From contig OZ316776.1 of assembly GCA_973851085.1 (NCBI GenBank), forward strand, positions 8,184,001 through 8,248,000: a DNA stretch of 64,000 bases. Direction: 5' to 3'. Source of the stretch: Ptychomitrium polyphyllum (taxonomy: Eukaryota). The notes beneath the pieces are model-generated. The model worked only from the letters and a program-made list of their open reading frames with translations. It was not told the origin of the DNA and did no database searches. Below, piece after piece: positions 41,150-55,682 of the stretch (positions within the stretch are counted from its first letter, which is position 1; each line of letters starts with the position of its first letter). Made by a program: the position numbers and the translations under genes.

Positions 41150-42102
41150 CGATAGAGCCTAGTCCTTGAGATATATGCAATCACTTCCTTCAGAGAAAAG
41201 ATTCAACTCGGTCGCGGGCATGAATATTAATGCGCAGATGGCGTTTGCGAGCACAAAGCAAGGAAGCAGGCCGAAGCCTTCAGAAAACTAGCACGAGCAA
41301 AGTTAAGCCAAGACAATTCGAAGCAAGCCAGTACTTTAAACAATCTACCTTCAGAACACAAGTAGCAATGCACAACATTCAGAACTCAATTTTTTTTTGT
41401 TGGAAGTGCTGGCATTTCTCGCTGCAGAAGACTCTTTCTACTTATTAACGGCAAGGGGTTAATGGAACTTGGAACCTAGATGTCATTGAGTGTGGTTGAA
41501 AGTCATGATGTCAAGTCTGTCGTGGATGCATGTCTAATCAGCTTAATGATGTCAACGACTAGGTGATACATCTTGTGATGTCTGCGGTGGTCCCTTAACG
41601 ATTACTAAACGATTTCTACGTGTAGTAAGACGATGATAATCTGGCTGGCTGCTTGTCGATCACATCGATTATTCAGTGAGTAAACGTAGTTATTAATGTG
41701 GTATTGCGCGAGATTCGTTTGGCAAGTAGCTTTCAGAGCATGAATTTGGTGAATCCGTAAAACTTCTTAATGAGCAAACGACTCAATGGCGCCTCTACTT
41801 CGTAAAATCATCAAGATTTTGGGAGGCCCCTGCAAGGTTATCCTGCTTTTGAAGATAGAGGCTCCGATGAGAAACAAACCGTATTTGTGTGTGGCAGAGA
41901 AAAGTCCGTGATGAGTTTCATTCTTAAGAGGCAGATTGGGGAACCAGGGCATTAGTGTAGTGTTAAAAGAATCTGGAGCCTCTATCTTGATGGGACTGGT
42001 TAAGCTTCTGGAAGATCACACACATGAGATCAACAGGGGATTGGTCTTCTCAGATGTTAGAAAATTGATTGTAACAGGAATGTAGTATCTTTGGTTTAAG
42101 GA

Positions 42103-45100
42103 TTAGTTTGTAAACAATTGTCTCCTGGTTGCCTCAGTTGGCAGAGAGGAGTTGTGCCATTGACGTGCACTCAAGTCTCTTGCAACTTCTTCTATCAAAT
42201 CTTCTACTATCATTGTCTCCATGTCTATTCCTATTTGTTCACGGTCCTTGTTGAAGGTTGACCACTGTCGTCCTTGACACTTGATCAAATCCCTTTGCAA
42301 GAGTCTGTGAACTGTGTCGCAGATGTCTTCGGAGGATCCTGTGCGTTTGATGTCTCGCAGCTCAATCCAGAGTTCTTGTTCTAGTTGCTTGCCCTTGTTT
42401 CTTTCGCAGATAGTTTCTGAAGGAAGCCCTGCCCAGAGAATGAGGTTGGATTGCGATTCTAGAATTCTCTCCATGATCTCTTCGAGGCAGTCGAGCAGGA
42501 GGAGATGGTTGTTTTCTTGAAGTATCTCGTTGCTTTGAAGACTCTCTAGTAAATTCTTGTTGATGTTTTCAGTGTTTGTAAGCTCAAAGTGGCTTGGTTT
42601 TGTCTGGATGAATTTGCCAGAGAAGCATGAATCGGTCACATTGCTTTCGGGAAATCTGCAACTATTTGTTACTTTTGGTAGCAACAAGAAGCTCTCCACG
42701 AAAGCCTTTTCTTCATCAAGCTCGGCATCCTTGAAGTAAGATTGAAATTTGTTCAACCGATTCCTTGTTTCAGTATTCTCAACTTGAACTTGCAGCCGCT
42801 CAGAGCACTTACTAAACAACCCATCTAAGTTTAGATCGTCTTCAATGAATACAGAAGGAGTTTCATGGTAAACCTCCACATTTTTGTCACAACCTTCGAA
42901 TCCCTCATCATCGTATGTGGTTTCAGATTCTGTATAGAGAAAAAAGAAAGTTAGAAGTTCGAATATGATTCCTACTATACGTGACGATATGTTGGTTCTT
43001 GACGAAATCTCTCTTCTGCTCAAACTAAGGTGTGCAAACACCAATGACTGTTACGCCTTCAGCTTTTGATTCACTGAAGGAATTTTTAAAGTACCAGTAC
43101 TTCAAGCCACGAGCCTAGTATGCCAGCTCTTATTGAAACGTAAACAACTAAGACACATGATTCAGATACATCATTTTGATATGAGAATGACACTGACCTT
43201 GAAGAACTGGGAAGCTGTGTCTTGGAGAACTTGGACTTGGTGTGAATTCCTCTTCAAAAGTTATGGTATCGAGTACAGAGATAGGGCTTGGTCGGTCTAT
43301 CCCTTCATCAAGCTTGCCATCCAAATTTTCACAACGTAATGGGATACCTCGGGGTGTTGTCAGTTCCTCGCTGGCTTCAAACAGTTTCTCGCTGACTTCT
43401 ATTGCTGCCTGCAATATGAGTCACATCGGTCAATCTTAACTCTTGCTGATGTTAAATTTTTCCTCACTAATTGGTCAATGACATGACAATGAAGGTCCGT
43501 GAGGTGTATGTTGTGACAAAAATAGCTGAAGGCTGAAGAAGACGCACCTGAAGTTGAGGTTGAGCTTCACCTTGAACAACAAGATTCTGAGGCGCCGAAG
43601 TATCTCTTTTATGATCACCTACAGAATCTCCTTTAGTTTTCTGCACATCCGGTGGTGTGTGTCTTATATATACATGAGAATCCTTGCATCTCCCGGGTTC
43701 TGGGTGCACCGTCACAAGGTGCTCCGAAACAGGTTCAGGATCTGAGGTCTGGGACTGTGCATACGCAGGCTGAAGAGGAGCCGACCCCGAAGTATTGGAC
43801 GCGTCCAGAGTAACTGCGTCGGTTGTTGATGAACGACTACCCGTAATTTCCAATTTTCTAAGTGGCGCTGGAGAGAGTGCTCTTGCACCTGCACTTTTCT
43901 TGATAATCGGTTCCTTAGTAACCGGTTTCTCAGCCTTGGTAAGGATCGGTTTATTCTCCAAGTTACTTCTACACAGTCTGGAATCATCAGGGTTTTCACT
44001 GACTCTTTTCTTTGAGGTTTCTTCCTTTGGTAATTGTGTCTTGAGATTAGTAGGTGCTGCTCTGCTATCACTTTTAGTCTTTGCAGCAACAGACTTCCTA
44101 CCTACTTCACCTGTTCCACCAACGTGGTCCTTGCCAGGTGGATTTCTAGACAAAGGACGAGCTTCAGGAGATGAGCACCGCCCATTCTGCCTTCGTAAGT
44201 CTGGTGCAGGATTTTTGGAACTTAGGTTACACTTCCTTGGAGTAGTTCGTATCTTCCTACTCTCACGGACGTTGTTTGATTGGTCGTTTTGATTAGTGCT
44301 AGAAGGATCTGATTCACAATCGGACTCCAATGCGCTCTTTGCACGAGCACTTCGAGGTGCGTTATCAGCAGTTACTACAGGTGTGAAGGGTTTCATTGCT
44401 CGCCTGCACTCACCATCAAAGACCACGATATCTATTTCAATGCCACCTTGCATCTAGGAAAGATTCTTTCCACGTTATTCTTCAACAATGCGTAATTTGA
44501 GCCAAGTACCAACTTGCAATTTCTGACCCTCCCTAATAATGCTGATAGCTTGTATTTTCTTGGTTGGTAAAAACCATGCAGTCTATGGACAATATTAACG
44601 CAACATCTATTTCTCAAACGAAATTGTTGCGTGCACTTACTCGCTGATGAGCATAAAAGAGAGAATTTTCTTTGCAATCTTATTTACATTCACATGGCCG
44701 ACCTCAGGGAGCATGCTTACCTTCGATCCTTGGCCAGATTCCAGTCTTCATTGTTTATTTGAGTTGTCCTCGTTGGAAGGACCTCTTTGTCGACGGTAGA
44801 AGTGCTAGAGGCTGTCTCCACATACCTAACTTGGAAGATACCGGCATTTGAAGCCTGAGACCTGGTGGTGGGCTTCATCACCACAATCTTGTTCTCATCG
44901 GGTTGCAAAATGCAAGGTTTTACAATACTAGACTCAGAACTATTGCTGCTGTGTGTCTGCTCCTGCACTTGCTTGACAGAACTAGTATCACTCGTAGCAT
45001 ACCTTGGAGGCTCGTCATTCTCCGTTCCACTAGATAATTTCAAACCTGTGACGATCTTGATCAGGGTAGTTTGTTGTTGCTTCTCCAATAGCTCTTGTGC

Positions 45101-47231
45101 TGGCTGTACATCGTCGGTGATGAACTTGGTCACTGATGATTTCTCATGTACTGTCTGCTTGCGGCGGGAGATTTTAAGCAGCACCTTGGGGCGCATTGCT
45201 TCTAAAATCTTCCGAATCATCTTTTTCTTCTTCTCAGGAGTTCCAGTAATTATGTCTTCAACTTGATTAGTCGAGTCCTCGAGCTTTCCAGACTTTGCCA
45301 GCTGCTCGGATGCTGGATGAGCTCCTGGCTGTTGTTCGTCCTCATATGGAAGTAACGATATCGAATTCAAGTGCTCATAATCTCTATCTTCTTCAGAACT
45401 GCACAATTCGTGCTCCAACTTGTATTGAGCTGGGTAATTATTCTGGTAAGCTCCCTCCAATTTATGCTCCTTCCTGTAATAAGTTGAAGGTTGCTCAAGG
45501 TGATGGGTTACGTACTTCTTCGATTGGCATGGTGGAGGAGGTGGAGGTGAAGTCGGCCTCATGGTTTGTGGATCAAACTGGACAAGACCTCGAAAAAACT
45601 TATCCCCTCTCGACTTTGCAAGTGGAACTTTTGATATAGAAATGCCCTGTTGCTTAGAACTCGGAATTTCTTCCAAGCCCATCAAACGTGCAATTACATT
45701 CGGCACCATGGAATGCTCACAACTCTCGGCTTCCTTGTTTAACATCCGATGAGAAACCCCTACCAGATTGCTCTCATTGAAGCCATTTGAATCGCCTGAT
45801 CTGGAAGTAAAACTTGCTTGACCTGGTCCATTATGACGCTCTTGTGCACCTGCCAAAAATGGTCTCAGTGACTCTCGAAAGTCAGAAGCTCCTGGCGATT
45901 CCTTGAAGATGGCATCTTGGTTAAGTATCTCGCCATGTCTACCGTCCTGTGGGTTTCGACCCACTGACCCAGAAAACCTTTTCGGACTCATGGAAGCTAA
46001 TGGATAATGATCTCTGGAAAGAGATCGCCCACGATCCTTCTTCGGGTCAACTCTCCTTTCTGGTGAATTATGGTGGCTGAGTTTCCGACGTGGGCTAGCC
46101 GAACTCCTAAGCCCGTCCTTCCAGTTAACAATTTCACTTGGTTCGTACGATCTCGCATAAACATTGGAAGAACGAGGCAAGTCCACCGATTTCCGTGACT
46201 CCGCCCCTTTGCTGTCCTTCGGACACCCATCTCTCCTGTTTTTCAGAATTCCTTGGTTACAAGAACTGTTCAGAGATTGATCTGAGGTAGCCTTGGTGCT
46301 TATTGGGCGTTCAATTCCTCTCTGAAAGGATGCAAGTATCGCATTTCTGATATCTGAAGAAGATGAGTCGTTGTCCAGGAGCGTTGCCTTAGGTAAAACC
46401 ACGTTGCGTGGACTGTAATCTCTCTGGTCGAGGTCGGAGCGTGGTCGAGAATCTCGTGCGAAAAGGGCAGCTGCTCGTAATGACTCGTTGTAGTAGAATC
46501 CCAAGGCGTCCTCTGTGCCTTTAGAGTAAGCAGTTGTTGGCTCGATTTGGCCACTTCCATCGTCATTCAAAGTATGAAAGTCTCTGAGAGTTCGTGTGGG
46601 GGTCATGGCTAAGTCACTAACGTCAGAATGGGACCTGTGATGCTGCTTTGTAGAGTGCATTGCTTTCTTGTGTGTGTCGTCTACCTGCACACAAAATGAC
46701 ATTCTGATAAGCTGCTCTGACCCAGCAATGAAGCTATTGCAGCTCCTGACACTCATAAAATGACGTAACGGGACAGATCTACTAGGACAGATCTACTTGT
46801 TCCAGATAGGATTGGCCATGGGTTATAAAATCGTGAATACCTCACCTTTGAAAAGGGATTGTTTCGGCGGTCATGGCGATGCAATTGACTGTCTATCTGT
46901 GTTCTGTGTTGAGATTGACCTGCTTGTGACAATGGTAGTAGCACTCTATTAAGGCCTTGCAAATTCAATTCGTGAAAATCAAAAGCTGAGAAGTGAACAC
47001 TCAAGTCACTGCAGGCTAAGCAATGAGAAAAGTGATGGCTATGCAGGACTACGGTGTTGGGGTTATGTCCTCACCGCTGTGAATGCCGACCTCAGTGGAG
47101 CTGTAGCGACGGCCCATGAAGGCCGGATGACCTTCAAAAATGTGAAAGAGTCCTGTCATACAACCCAATGTCTGGTCCAGTAGTGTAGAGTGACCTGGTA
47201 GAGATTTGAGCTGCACTTCTGGAGCTGGCAT
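42103..47231 (-). CDS. TON1-recruiting-motif (TRM)/LONGIFOLIA-like microtubule-associated protein, ~1362 aa
   Basis: Exons 47231-47075, 46919-46846, 46684-44721, 44403-43548, 43408-43198, 42929-42103 (4089 nt, phases consistent). Motifs: N-terminal LGCMTGLFHIFE, PNVIARLMGLEE (VARLMGL motif), RPSPISVLD, C-terminal IGIDMETMIVEDLIEEV (DUF4378-type). Confidence 0.88.
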
Positions 47232-50200
47232 GGCCACTTAAGCGCCTTACTTGGAGTCGATTACCGAGATGAATGGAAGGCTGAAGTCAGGATCCGATTA
47301 CACATGATTGCGAACACTTTGTGATCCTTAGCATTCTGGCTTTCTGCATCACCCTTCCACCAGTGTCCAGCTTTCTATTTTCGAGCCTCTAGCTGTCTAA
47401 AGTGATGTCTTACCGACTGTTCCAAGTTGTGAAGTCTTTATCAAATCAATACTTGCCTTCAGCTCCTGCATCAATGCTGCCATTGTCCACAACTGAGAAA
47501 AAACTGAACTAGTTTCCAAAATTCAATCATTGAGTACATGACAATGATCGACGTGAGGAATTGACAAGAATCACATGGGCTACACTTTCAGCTTTATTGC
47601 GTTTCTGTAAAGTTTACTACAGGAACCTGGTTGGGTCTATCTAATCTTACATAGGTTCTGCAGAAACCTTCTGAGCGTGAAATCAATATTATAACTTTAC
47701 CAAAATGATCGCAGTTCAAGCTCCGTTAATTCTGACCGGGCTTAAACAAATCATAACGGCATTTATTCTGAAGACACGGAAAAGGAACTGACACAGCAAC
47801 ACATTGTTGTGAGAGAGGAGGAATCATTTGGAGCCAGCTAGTTGTATAAAAGATCGAATCAAGACATGATGGGTTTTCAAAAGGTTAAGGCTCAGCCAAC
47901 TCGTAATCGAGATTGCTGACCATTGATCATCTTCATGCAGAGATTCAATGCCAAGCATCCATAAACACTAGAGTAAAAACACAACTCTTACAGGTTTTCC
48001 AGCTTCATACGTACTCGGCATGAATATTGTAGCAAATGAAATCAAAGATCGCAAATTTATTCTAAGCTTCCTTGTGCCACCAGTTCATTTCGAAAGAAAG
48101 TGACATTCAATCTCACAAGATATAAAGCTTTATCACAAGAACACACTCAAATTGAACCTCGAACCTTCCTTGCAATCGAAACAACAGACGTACGTACCCA
48201 GGTCCAAGGAACAAAGTGCAAGTGATTCTCTAGAAAAGGTCTCCAAGCATATTATCGATCACCGCCAGCTCCAGAATCCTTCCATTTCCACCAGGACCTT
48301 CGAAAACTGCTCCTTCATTTTCTTCATTCAACATACACTACATTCACTCTTGCAAACTCCCACCATCTCCTCTCTCAAACTCAAACTTACCTTACCAACC
48401 CCAACTTCAGCTTCAACTCCAAAAAGCCCTGCTCAACGTCTGAATTACGTCTCAATCATGACAAGTCGGCTGCTGCACCCACATGATCTGCTGGCACTCG
48501 GATGGGCCTGCAGCTGCAGCTGCAGCTGGCCATCGCCATCTCCATGTTCTTCACTGCAACGAAAAGCATAGCACTCCAATTCATGAGCGACGTGAGCTTC
48601 AAGCTGGGACCTTGCTGCCTTCGGCCTCCACCTGCACATGGATGTGCATCGCCGTGAATCTTTGGAAGAAGAAGGCTGCTTGATTCATCACCCAGTCTCG
48701 TACAGTAGCTGGAAGGTCAATCTTGTGGCAGTGTCTTTTCTGATACCATGTTGATACCTAGGCATGACATGGATAATATGTGGTGATACCATGATGATAC
48801 ATCAGCAATAGCAAGGTGAAACTTGGCTATACGCCTAGATTTTTCAGTGGGATGTTACACGTTCCTTGGGCAGTGTACTGAGGGGACCATGTAGTCGTGA
48901 TCATTGTGTGGGAGTGGGACAACCATGCCAGCGAGTGAGTGAGCTTGTGTGAGGGAGGGGGTTGTGTTCACAATGATGAACGCTGCAGCAACAACCTGTC
49001 ATAATACTGTACCTTGGCTGGGAACCATTGGTTATGATTTTTTAAACTTTTATATAACTTAGTGGAAGTTACTTTTATAAGTGATGGAGTTACCAAGGCT
49101 GTCCCTTTGTCCCTCCCTGTGTACTGTACTATTCTTGTCATATATGTGACCCAGACTATTGAAAATGAATGTTTGAGTACTTGGCTGGGTTTTCAGTTTA
49201 CACATGTCTTTACCATAATAACTTGGCAGTCACGCAGAAAACATTTCATATCTTATGATCTGAAACCTATCTGATTTCCTCTGTAAAACGTAAAGAAAAT
49301 GCTCTGAGAGTAGTAAACGTCACTGTCTATTTTTCATGATAATGGCTCAGACTGCCCACAAAAAAATTCAGTAAATTCATTTGCAAACAGAGTGATATGG
49401 AGGGATGTGTGACATTGCAAACAGAGTGATAATGTAGCAAGTACATCAACTGAATCTCATACAAATAGACAATTTGTAATATTTATGAACTATATAATAT
49501 ATACAATATATGACAATATTGCCCATTATCATGAGTCATGGAATATAGGATTATGCAAAGGTAGTTATGAGGTGTTGTACTCATTAATCAATAAATAATT
49601 TCAAAACTATGCACTATTATATTATAATTTTTTTTCTTATGTCACTTTCAAGCTAAAACAACTTATTGTTCTTTTGTACTTATGAAAATTTTAGTTGATG
49701 AACATACACTTCAAGAATTTATGCCTTGTCCCTATTGAGCAATGTGATGCAAATGTGAACAAAGTAATGTATTCTATAGTGTCAAATAAGAATATTCAAA
49801 TTGCTTTTCTTTTTATTTATAGAAAATAGTTATTTTAGATTTTTTTTTTATTCTACCTATTTTGTATCAGGTAACCATGATAAGATTATATAGTAGGCAA
49901 TTTAGGTGCACAATGTACTTCTCATTAAGCTAATGTATCTTCTTTATGGGAATTACTTTAATGGTGTATTTAGGCTCTCCATACTTATAGTTTATAGGAA
50001 TAGAGTGTGTGGATGGATTCTGAGTAAATACTTCAAAGATGAATATAGTGTAGGTTCCTTAGAGCAAGTTTAGTATCTTGTGGTGTAATAAAGGTGGTAA
50101 GTAGGCCAACTAGATTAGTATTTCTTTGTATATTAACTATTTTTGAAGTACTTATATTTAAATTATGATCTTTTCCTATAGAATGAACTTTTCCATGTTA

Positions 50201-50743
50201 TTCCTACAATTCTTCAACATATGAAATAATAATTTTTTTCTTAGAAAGTTGAAAATTAATAACAAGAATTTGTAAATACACATGACAATGAATATATGAA
50301 GGTGTAGGTTTAAGTTAGTGATATGCTACACAAATTTCTTCAATCTTAAGTGGAGTAAAATTTTGACAATATAAATGATTATTGAAACTAATTCCTTCAC
50401 CTTGTGTTTCTAAAATATACTTTCATTACAAATAATAGTTCCCAACAATATATGACACAATTGTTAAGGCACTTATGATTTGGAATAATTATTGGAGGAG
50501 CTTTAAATACCTAAGACAAACAAAGGCTTGGCTTAGAGGCACAATTAATAGAGCAATTGAAAAAACTTTGAGTAGTTAGGGCAAAGAAAGAGTTGGCTTG
50601 GAAAGGCTTGGCTATCTTTGAAGAGGTCCAAAGTTTGAATTCTTTAACCACACCTCAATATTATAAAAGCTCTTCATTAGTTCATCAAAATATACTCTAA
50701 AATACATTTTATTTTATTTAGTGACAAATTAAATTTCAAAATG

Positions 50744-50779
50744 TCTCCAATAAAACTTTCTCCAATAAAACTTTCTCCA
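50744..50779. repeat. 15-bp tandem repeat (~2.4 copies)
   Basis: TCTCCAATAAAACTT TCTCCAATAAAACTT TCTCCA at the edge of an AT-rich block. Confidence 0.85.
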
Positions 50780-53094
50780 TCGAAAAGGAATTAACAGATA
50801 AATCGAATGGAATTATTCCTATTGGAGAGGGTGCTCAGTGTGGTAGCTAAAGAACCTGAACATAATTGTTTTGAATATCTTGAATGCTACCATCATAGTT
50901 TAAATTCAGCAGGATGGAGATGCGGTACCAATAGGATATTCAACCTAAGAAGTGTATAAGGTGCTACAGTGAGATGAGCATGTCAAGATCTAACACCTAA
51001 ATCTAGCTGTCACAAAGAAGCTGATGTTGCAATATTCTAATTAAAAAGTTAAAATCCTTCAGAGACTGGGAATACTTCTTCAGAGCCTGTTTATGGCGAC
51101 CCCTTCAATGTTTAATCTGCAGCCTGATGATTTGCAATTTCCCACAATCAAGCACAAATCATATTTGTCAACACTGCACTGTAATGTGCAGGTACCTTGA
51201 CGGTTTGAGGTACTACTGAGATTGTTTAAAAGTCTTTGGTCTTGCTAAAAACCTTTAAATTTTAAAATCTCAGTCAAACTTTTGAAAACCCCTAAATATT
51301 GGCTACTACTGCCAGTGTCCATAACTGCATGAAGAGTCTGCTAGCAGCCAGACAAAGTTTCTGGTCAAGCATGCTCTGATTCCTTGACCACCAACTAGTA
51401 CCTCGAGGTGAGCTTGGGCTCCATAGTATAAATAAAGCCCTTATGTGTGCTTGCTAGGACCCTCCCTTTTGTGTGCCAACCACACTAACTCATCCTTGAA
51501 GTACTCACTACACACTGCACCTTGGCTGACTCTCACACATTCAAATCTAATTGCAGAAGACTTTAATCGTCACGTCGTACAATCAATATAACCAATTTAG
51601 CAATCCTGTGAAGAATCTGTAACTAGTCAAGGGGCCTGCCCCACAAGCCAATCGATCTCTGTTCCGTTGTCAGAGGAAAGGAGTCTTACATTGTTACACC
51701 TAATTGTGTGATTGCCTCAGTCATCCTCTTCTGCACAATGCACATGGTCGTCCTGTACTTCACCTCCCTTACTTCTAGATTTTCATCCAGCTGCCCTCAT
51801 AAATCACTGAAGCACGGGGGCTTGTACAATTTTCTGTTTGAGACAAGAAACATCGAAAGGTGATTGGTGTAGAAGTTTGATAAGAATTTGGACAGTTACA
51901 TATTTTCTGTTCTCAGAGTGGCTGAAGGTCAGTCCTGTTGTTGTCCAACTCTAATGTCTGTAGCAACTTCAGCTCTGTAGAGTTATCTTGCCTTACATGA
52001 TGCGCTGGCAGCTTGTACATTACAGCTTGCAACAAGATCTCACTTTGCAGCCAAGAAAAGTTGATCTGTGTTGCAAATGGATAAAACTAACACTGTATGT
52101 ACAACCCATAAGACTCCAGGATCCTCTAACATTTATTTTGGTTACTTTCTTCAACTCTCCACTGGCAGATGTGAGCATAAATCTGATGCATTTGGGTTAT
52201 ATAGCCAGTGGAAACAGTTGCAGAAGGTTCTTCACTGACTAGGAAAGTGTGGATGGCTGGGCCCAGTAACCAGTTGCCTTTACATGTATGATCTCTAAAG
52301 CACACATACCCCTAAAGTGGGTCCAGCTCTTCTTACATAAACAAACTATTGTAGCTCAGTAACTGGAGTGTAGAATTTAGACTCCTCATACTTTTGGCAG
52401 TTTGAGTGGGTCACTCTTAAGTTAGTAACATCTACTATCATAACTTTAGGGTCAGTGGACATGGTTATTATCATTATATCATATTTGATTTTATTGGAAC
52501 ATATAGCCAGAAAACATACATAAGAATGTGTCATAGCATGCAGCCGTAAAACCGAAATCATTTCCACGTACTTATTGGTAGACAAGGGAGAAAACAAAAT
52601 AAAATAAGATACTCATACAATGTCATGCACTTACATTTTCAAAAGGTTTATTTTCTCAAGGCTCTAAACGATTTTATTTTTATTTTTCAAAAGGCTAGCA
52701 TGTCCTGAGGCTTGATTCACTTGACATTAGATTCACACTTCATTCACTGATTGCAAACCCAACTATTACTAAGAGAAATTTGCTTACACTCCACCAATTT
52801 CAGACTTAAGGATTATCTAATACAAAGCCAAATTTGTTGGCAGTAATTCCAAGAGCCCTCGTTCAACTCACATCAGGCTTCACGTAATGTGCGGGAAAAT
52901 TACAGTCTACAATATGCTCACGATATGCTGCACCCTATGAGAGATAACACCTACTGAAAAGGGGAAAAGAGAAGGGCTCAGGGTACTGAGCGCTCAGAAA
53001 CTCCCAGAAACTTCTCCATGAGAAAGTCTTGAGCATAACCATACTATGCGGACCAAGAAGACCACTTCTTTAAAAGTGGAACCTGTGTCTTTAT

Positions 53095-55682
53095 TCAAGC
53101 ATAATCGTCCCCATCTTCACCACCTACTTTTAGGTGCAAATGCTTCTCTCGTTTATGAAATTCCGTAGTACCCTTCCCACTACCTGTAACACCTACCTTG
53201 CCCTTGGGATCGTCTGGTGACTTAAAAATACTCTCCCTTTTGCGCCCTGTGAAGAAGCCCGTTTGCTGCTAGAAAACCCACACAATGAGCTACATTAGAA
53301 AAGAGCGGCAATTGTCCAGAAAACATGTACCACGGTTTTATGGAACTTTTAACCCCAGTTCCGCAACAGAAACTAACCCTGGAACTTAAAGGTTCAGAAT
53401 GACAGAAAACATGATAAAAGTAAAAATAAAAGTAAAGTAAAAAGGGCCACTAACCTTTTTTGTTTTCCCTTTAGTAGTCTGAAATTGCTGCCAAGCATTT
53501 TGACGCTTATTCTGTGTCAGCTCCATCTGCTCAAGTCTTGCCTTCGATTTGAAAGCATGTATCTTTTTCTTCTTTGCTGCTCTCTGCAAAGACAACACCA
53601 CCGTTCAGCTACTATTCGTAACATAAAGTACATGAAAATGAATAGTAATATAATCTCACTTCAAAAGTTACGTGATTGTTGAGATAATTAGCACTTACCA
53701 CATCCTCCGGATCTTCAGGTTTGATTCGCAGCTTGGGAGGCAAGTCCCTCGAGATAACATCTATATCAGCTGCATCTTTGATCTTTTTCTTCAAAGCAAG
53801 CCTAGTGAGGTTAGCTTCTTGCTCAGCGTCCAGCAATGGGTCCACATTTGCATTATCAATTACCTCAGCACCATCGAGCATTTGATCTAAAATCTCCGCA
53901 TCGCCATCTGGGATATTCAATTCTCTTACATTTGAAACATCGACCTGCAGGGGACAAATTAGAGTTTAAGACCAAACCATCATAACACATATACGTATAA
54001 AAACTAGCAAGGCATCACCAAATCATTACAGCGTTGCAAAAAATCTAGAATCACGCACCTCTTCTCTGTTGCCCCATTCATCGTAGACAACAAAGTATCC
54101 TCCTGGAGTTACTGCTTCCACTGTGGCTTTATACCTGCAGAACACAGGAGGGGGATTTAAGGATATATTGGTGGAACCATTACATGAGCAATCTAGAACT
54201 AAGAACCCTCCTAGAACATCACTCCCTGTGAAACCAAATCAGTTCGTTAAAAGAGTCAAAGACGGCAGATTTCAGATGCGAACAAGGATCAATGCATACA
54301 TAGCTTTTTCAAATAAGACTAAGAACCAACTCTAAAAATCAGTCAATACCAATACCATAATTTATCAAAAGGAGAATAATGTACCATTCACCATCTTCAC
54401 TCCAAATGGCTTGAACTTTAGTCCCAACAAGAAGTCTCCCTGAAATGTTTTGTGTTGAGTTCTTGTCCTGCACAAAAAGTCGTTCCAGTTGGTAATCGTA
54501 GGACTTATCTGGTAATTAGAAGAGAAAAGAGAAAGTGAAAGAAACAAATCTTCCTTAGAAGGCACTCCTTAAGTGATATACTTTTGCAGGTCAAAATGTT
54601 TCATAAGCCTCACTGCCTATTAAAAGCATGCATGATCAAAATTTAAGCCCTTGCCTAGGCCAGTAGGTGTAAACAAGCTCAAGGTTACGTCAAACCACCT
54701 GATGCGGCTTGTAAGTGGTAGGAGGATGAAGCGGAGGCCTCTGAGTGCTTGCAGCCGCAGCTTCACGCTGTTCCAGCTCCAATTCCGCTGCATCTTCTTT
54801 GGCTTGTTGTGCTTCATTGAGCAGATCGTAGGTCAACTCTAACACCTGGAGGAAGCCAGATTAACTGGCAGATCAATTGTTGAATACCAGGGGGGTGGGG
54901 AGCATGACCAACAAGACCTAAACTTTATACCGTGCATACAGATATTAGTGCGATTGAAATTGAATGATTCAATTGCGGTATACTTGCAGGAAGTAGATGG
55001 AACATTACGTCCATCTCAGCAAAGTGTAAGAGGCGAGCGAAGAAAAGATTCCGACCACTGTCGACCACCGTTATGTGCCAATAGGGCAAACCACCTCACC
55101 TTGCAAAGTAACTCCGACAAAGGTCCTCTCTCGCATGCAGCGAAGTCGTGCTGCCCTGCTTGAACAACATTGATGATCCTTAGGACAGTTCCAAACCCTA
55201 GCTGATACTCTCCACTTATTCTCCTGATCGCCACTATCTGTCTATCCGTCCGTCTACCTGCGGACACGACCTACACCTGAACGTTGTCTCAACTCTCACT
55301 CACCTGAATCACACAACCTACACACAACCGTCTTTGTTACACAATCCGCTACACTCACAAGCTTTTAACTCCGGCCAAGGGCTTTTAACAGCTACTTACC
55401 TCCGTCAGACCACTCGCCATCTCCTGATACTCGACATTTCCTGGGTCCACCACCAGCAACTCCTTCACCTGAACTCACTCCCAACGAACACCAAACCCTA
55501 AAAAACGTCAAACACCAAAATCCTCACCAAAACACCTCAATTCTATCTCCAAACAATAAAATCGTGAACTCTCTCCAAACATAAACCTCCAAATCTTCTA
55601 AAAAATAATTACTTACTTGCTGAAGCTGCTCTTTGTAAGTGGAGAGATTGGCCTTCAACTCCTCGATGTCCTGCAGGCTCAT
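53095..55682 (-). CDS. SPF30: Survival-of-motor-neuron-related splicing factor 30 (SMNDC1), Tudor domain, ~329 aa
   Basis: Exons 55682-55617, 55468-55400, 54845-54699, 54467-54385, 54134-54059, 53944-53699, 53583-53455, 53268/53265-53095. N-terminus LSTYKEQLQQV, Tudor GTKVQAIWSEDGEWYKATVE...YDEWGNREEV, C-terminus QNAWQQF...SIFKSPDDPKGKVGVTGSGKG. Confidence 0.93.

Noticed and set aside
48511..48528. (CAGCTG)3 perfect 18-bp palindrome upstream of the TRM gene
   Set aside because: A simple tandem repeat of a self-complementary hexamer, with no evidence of function.
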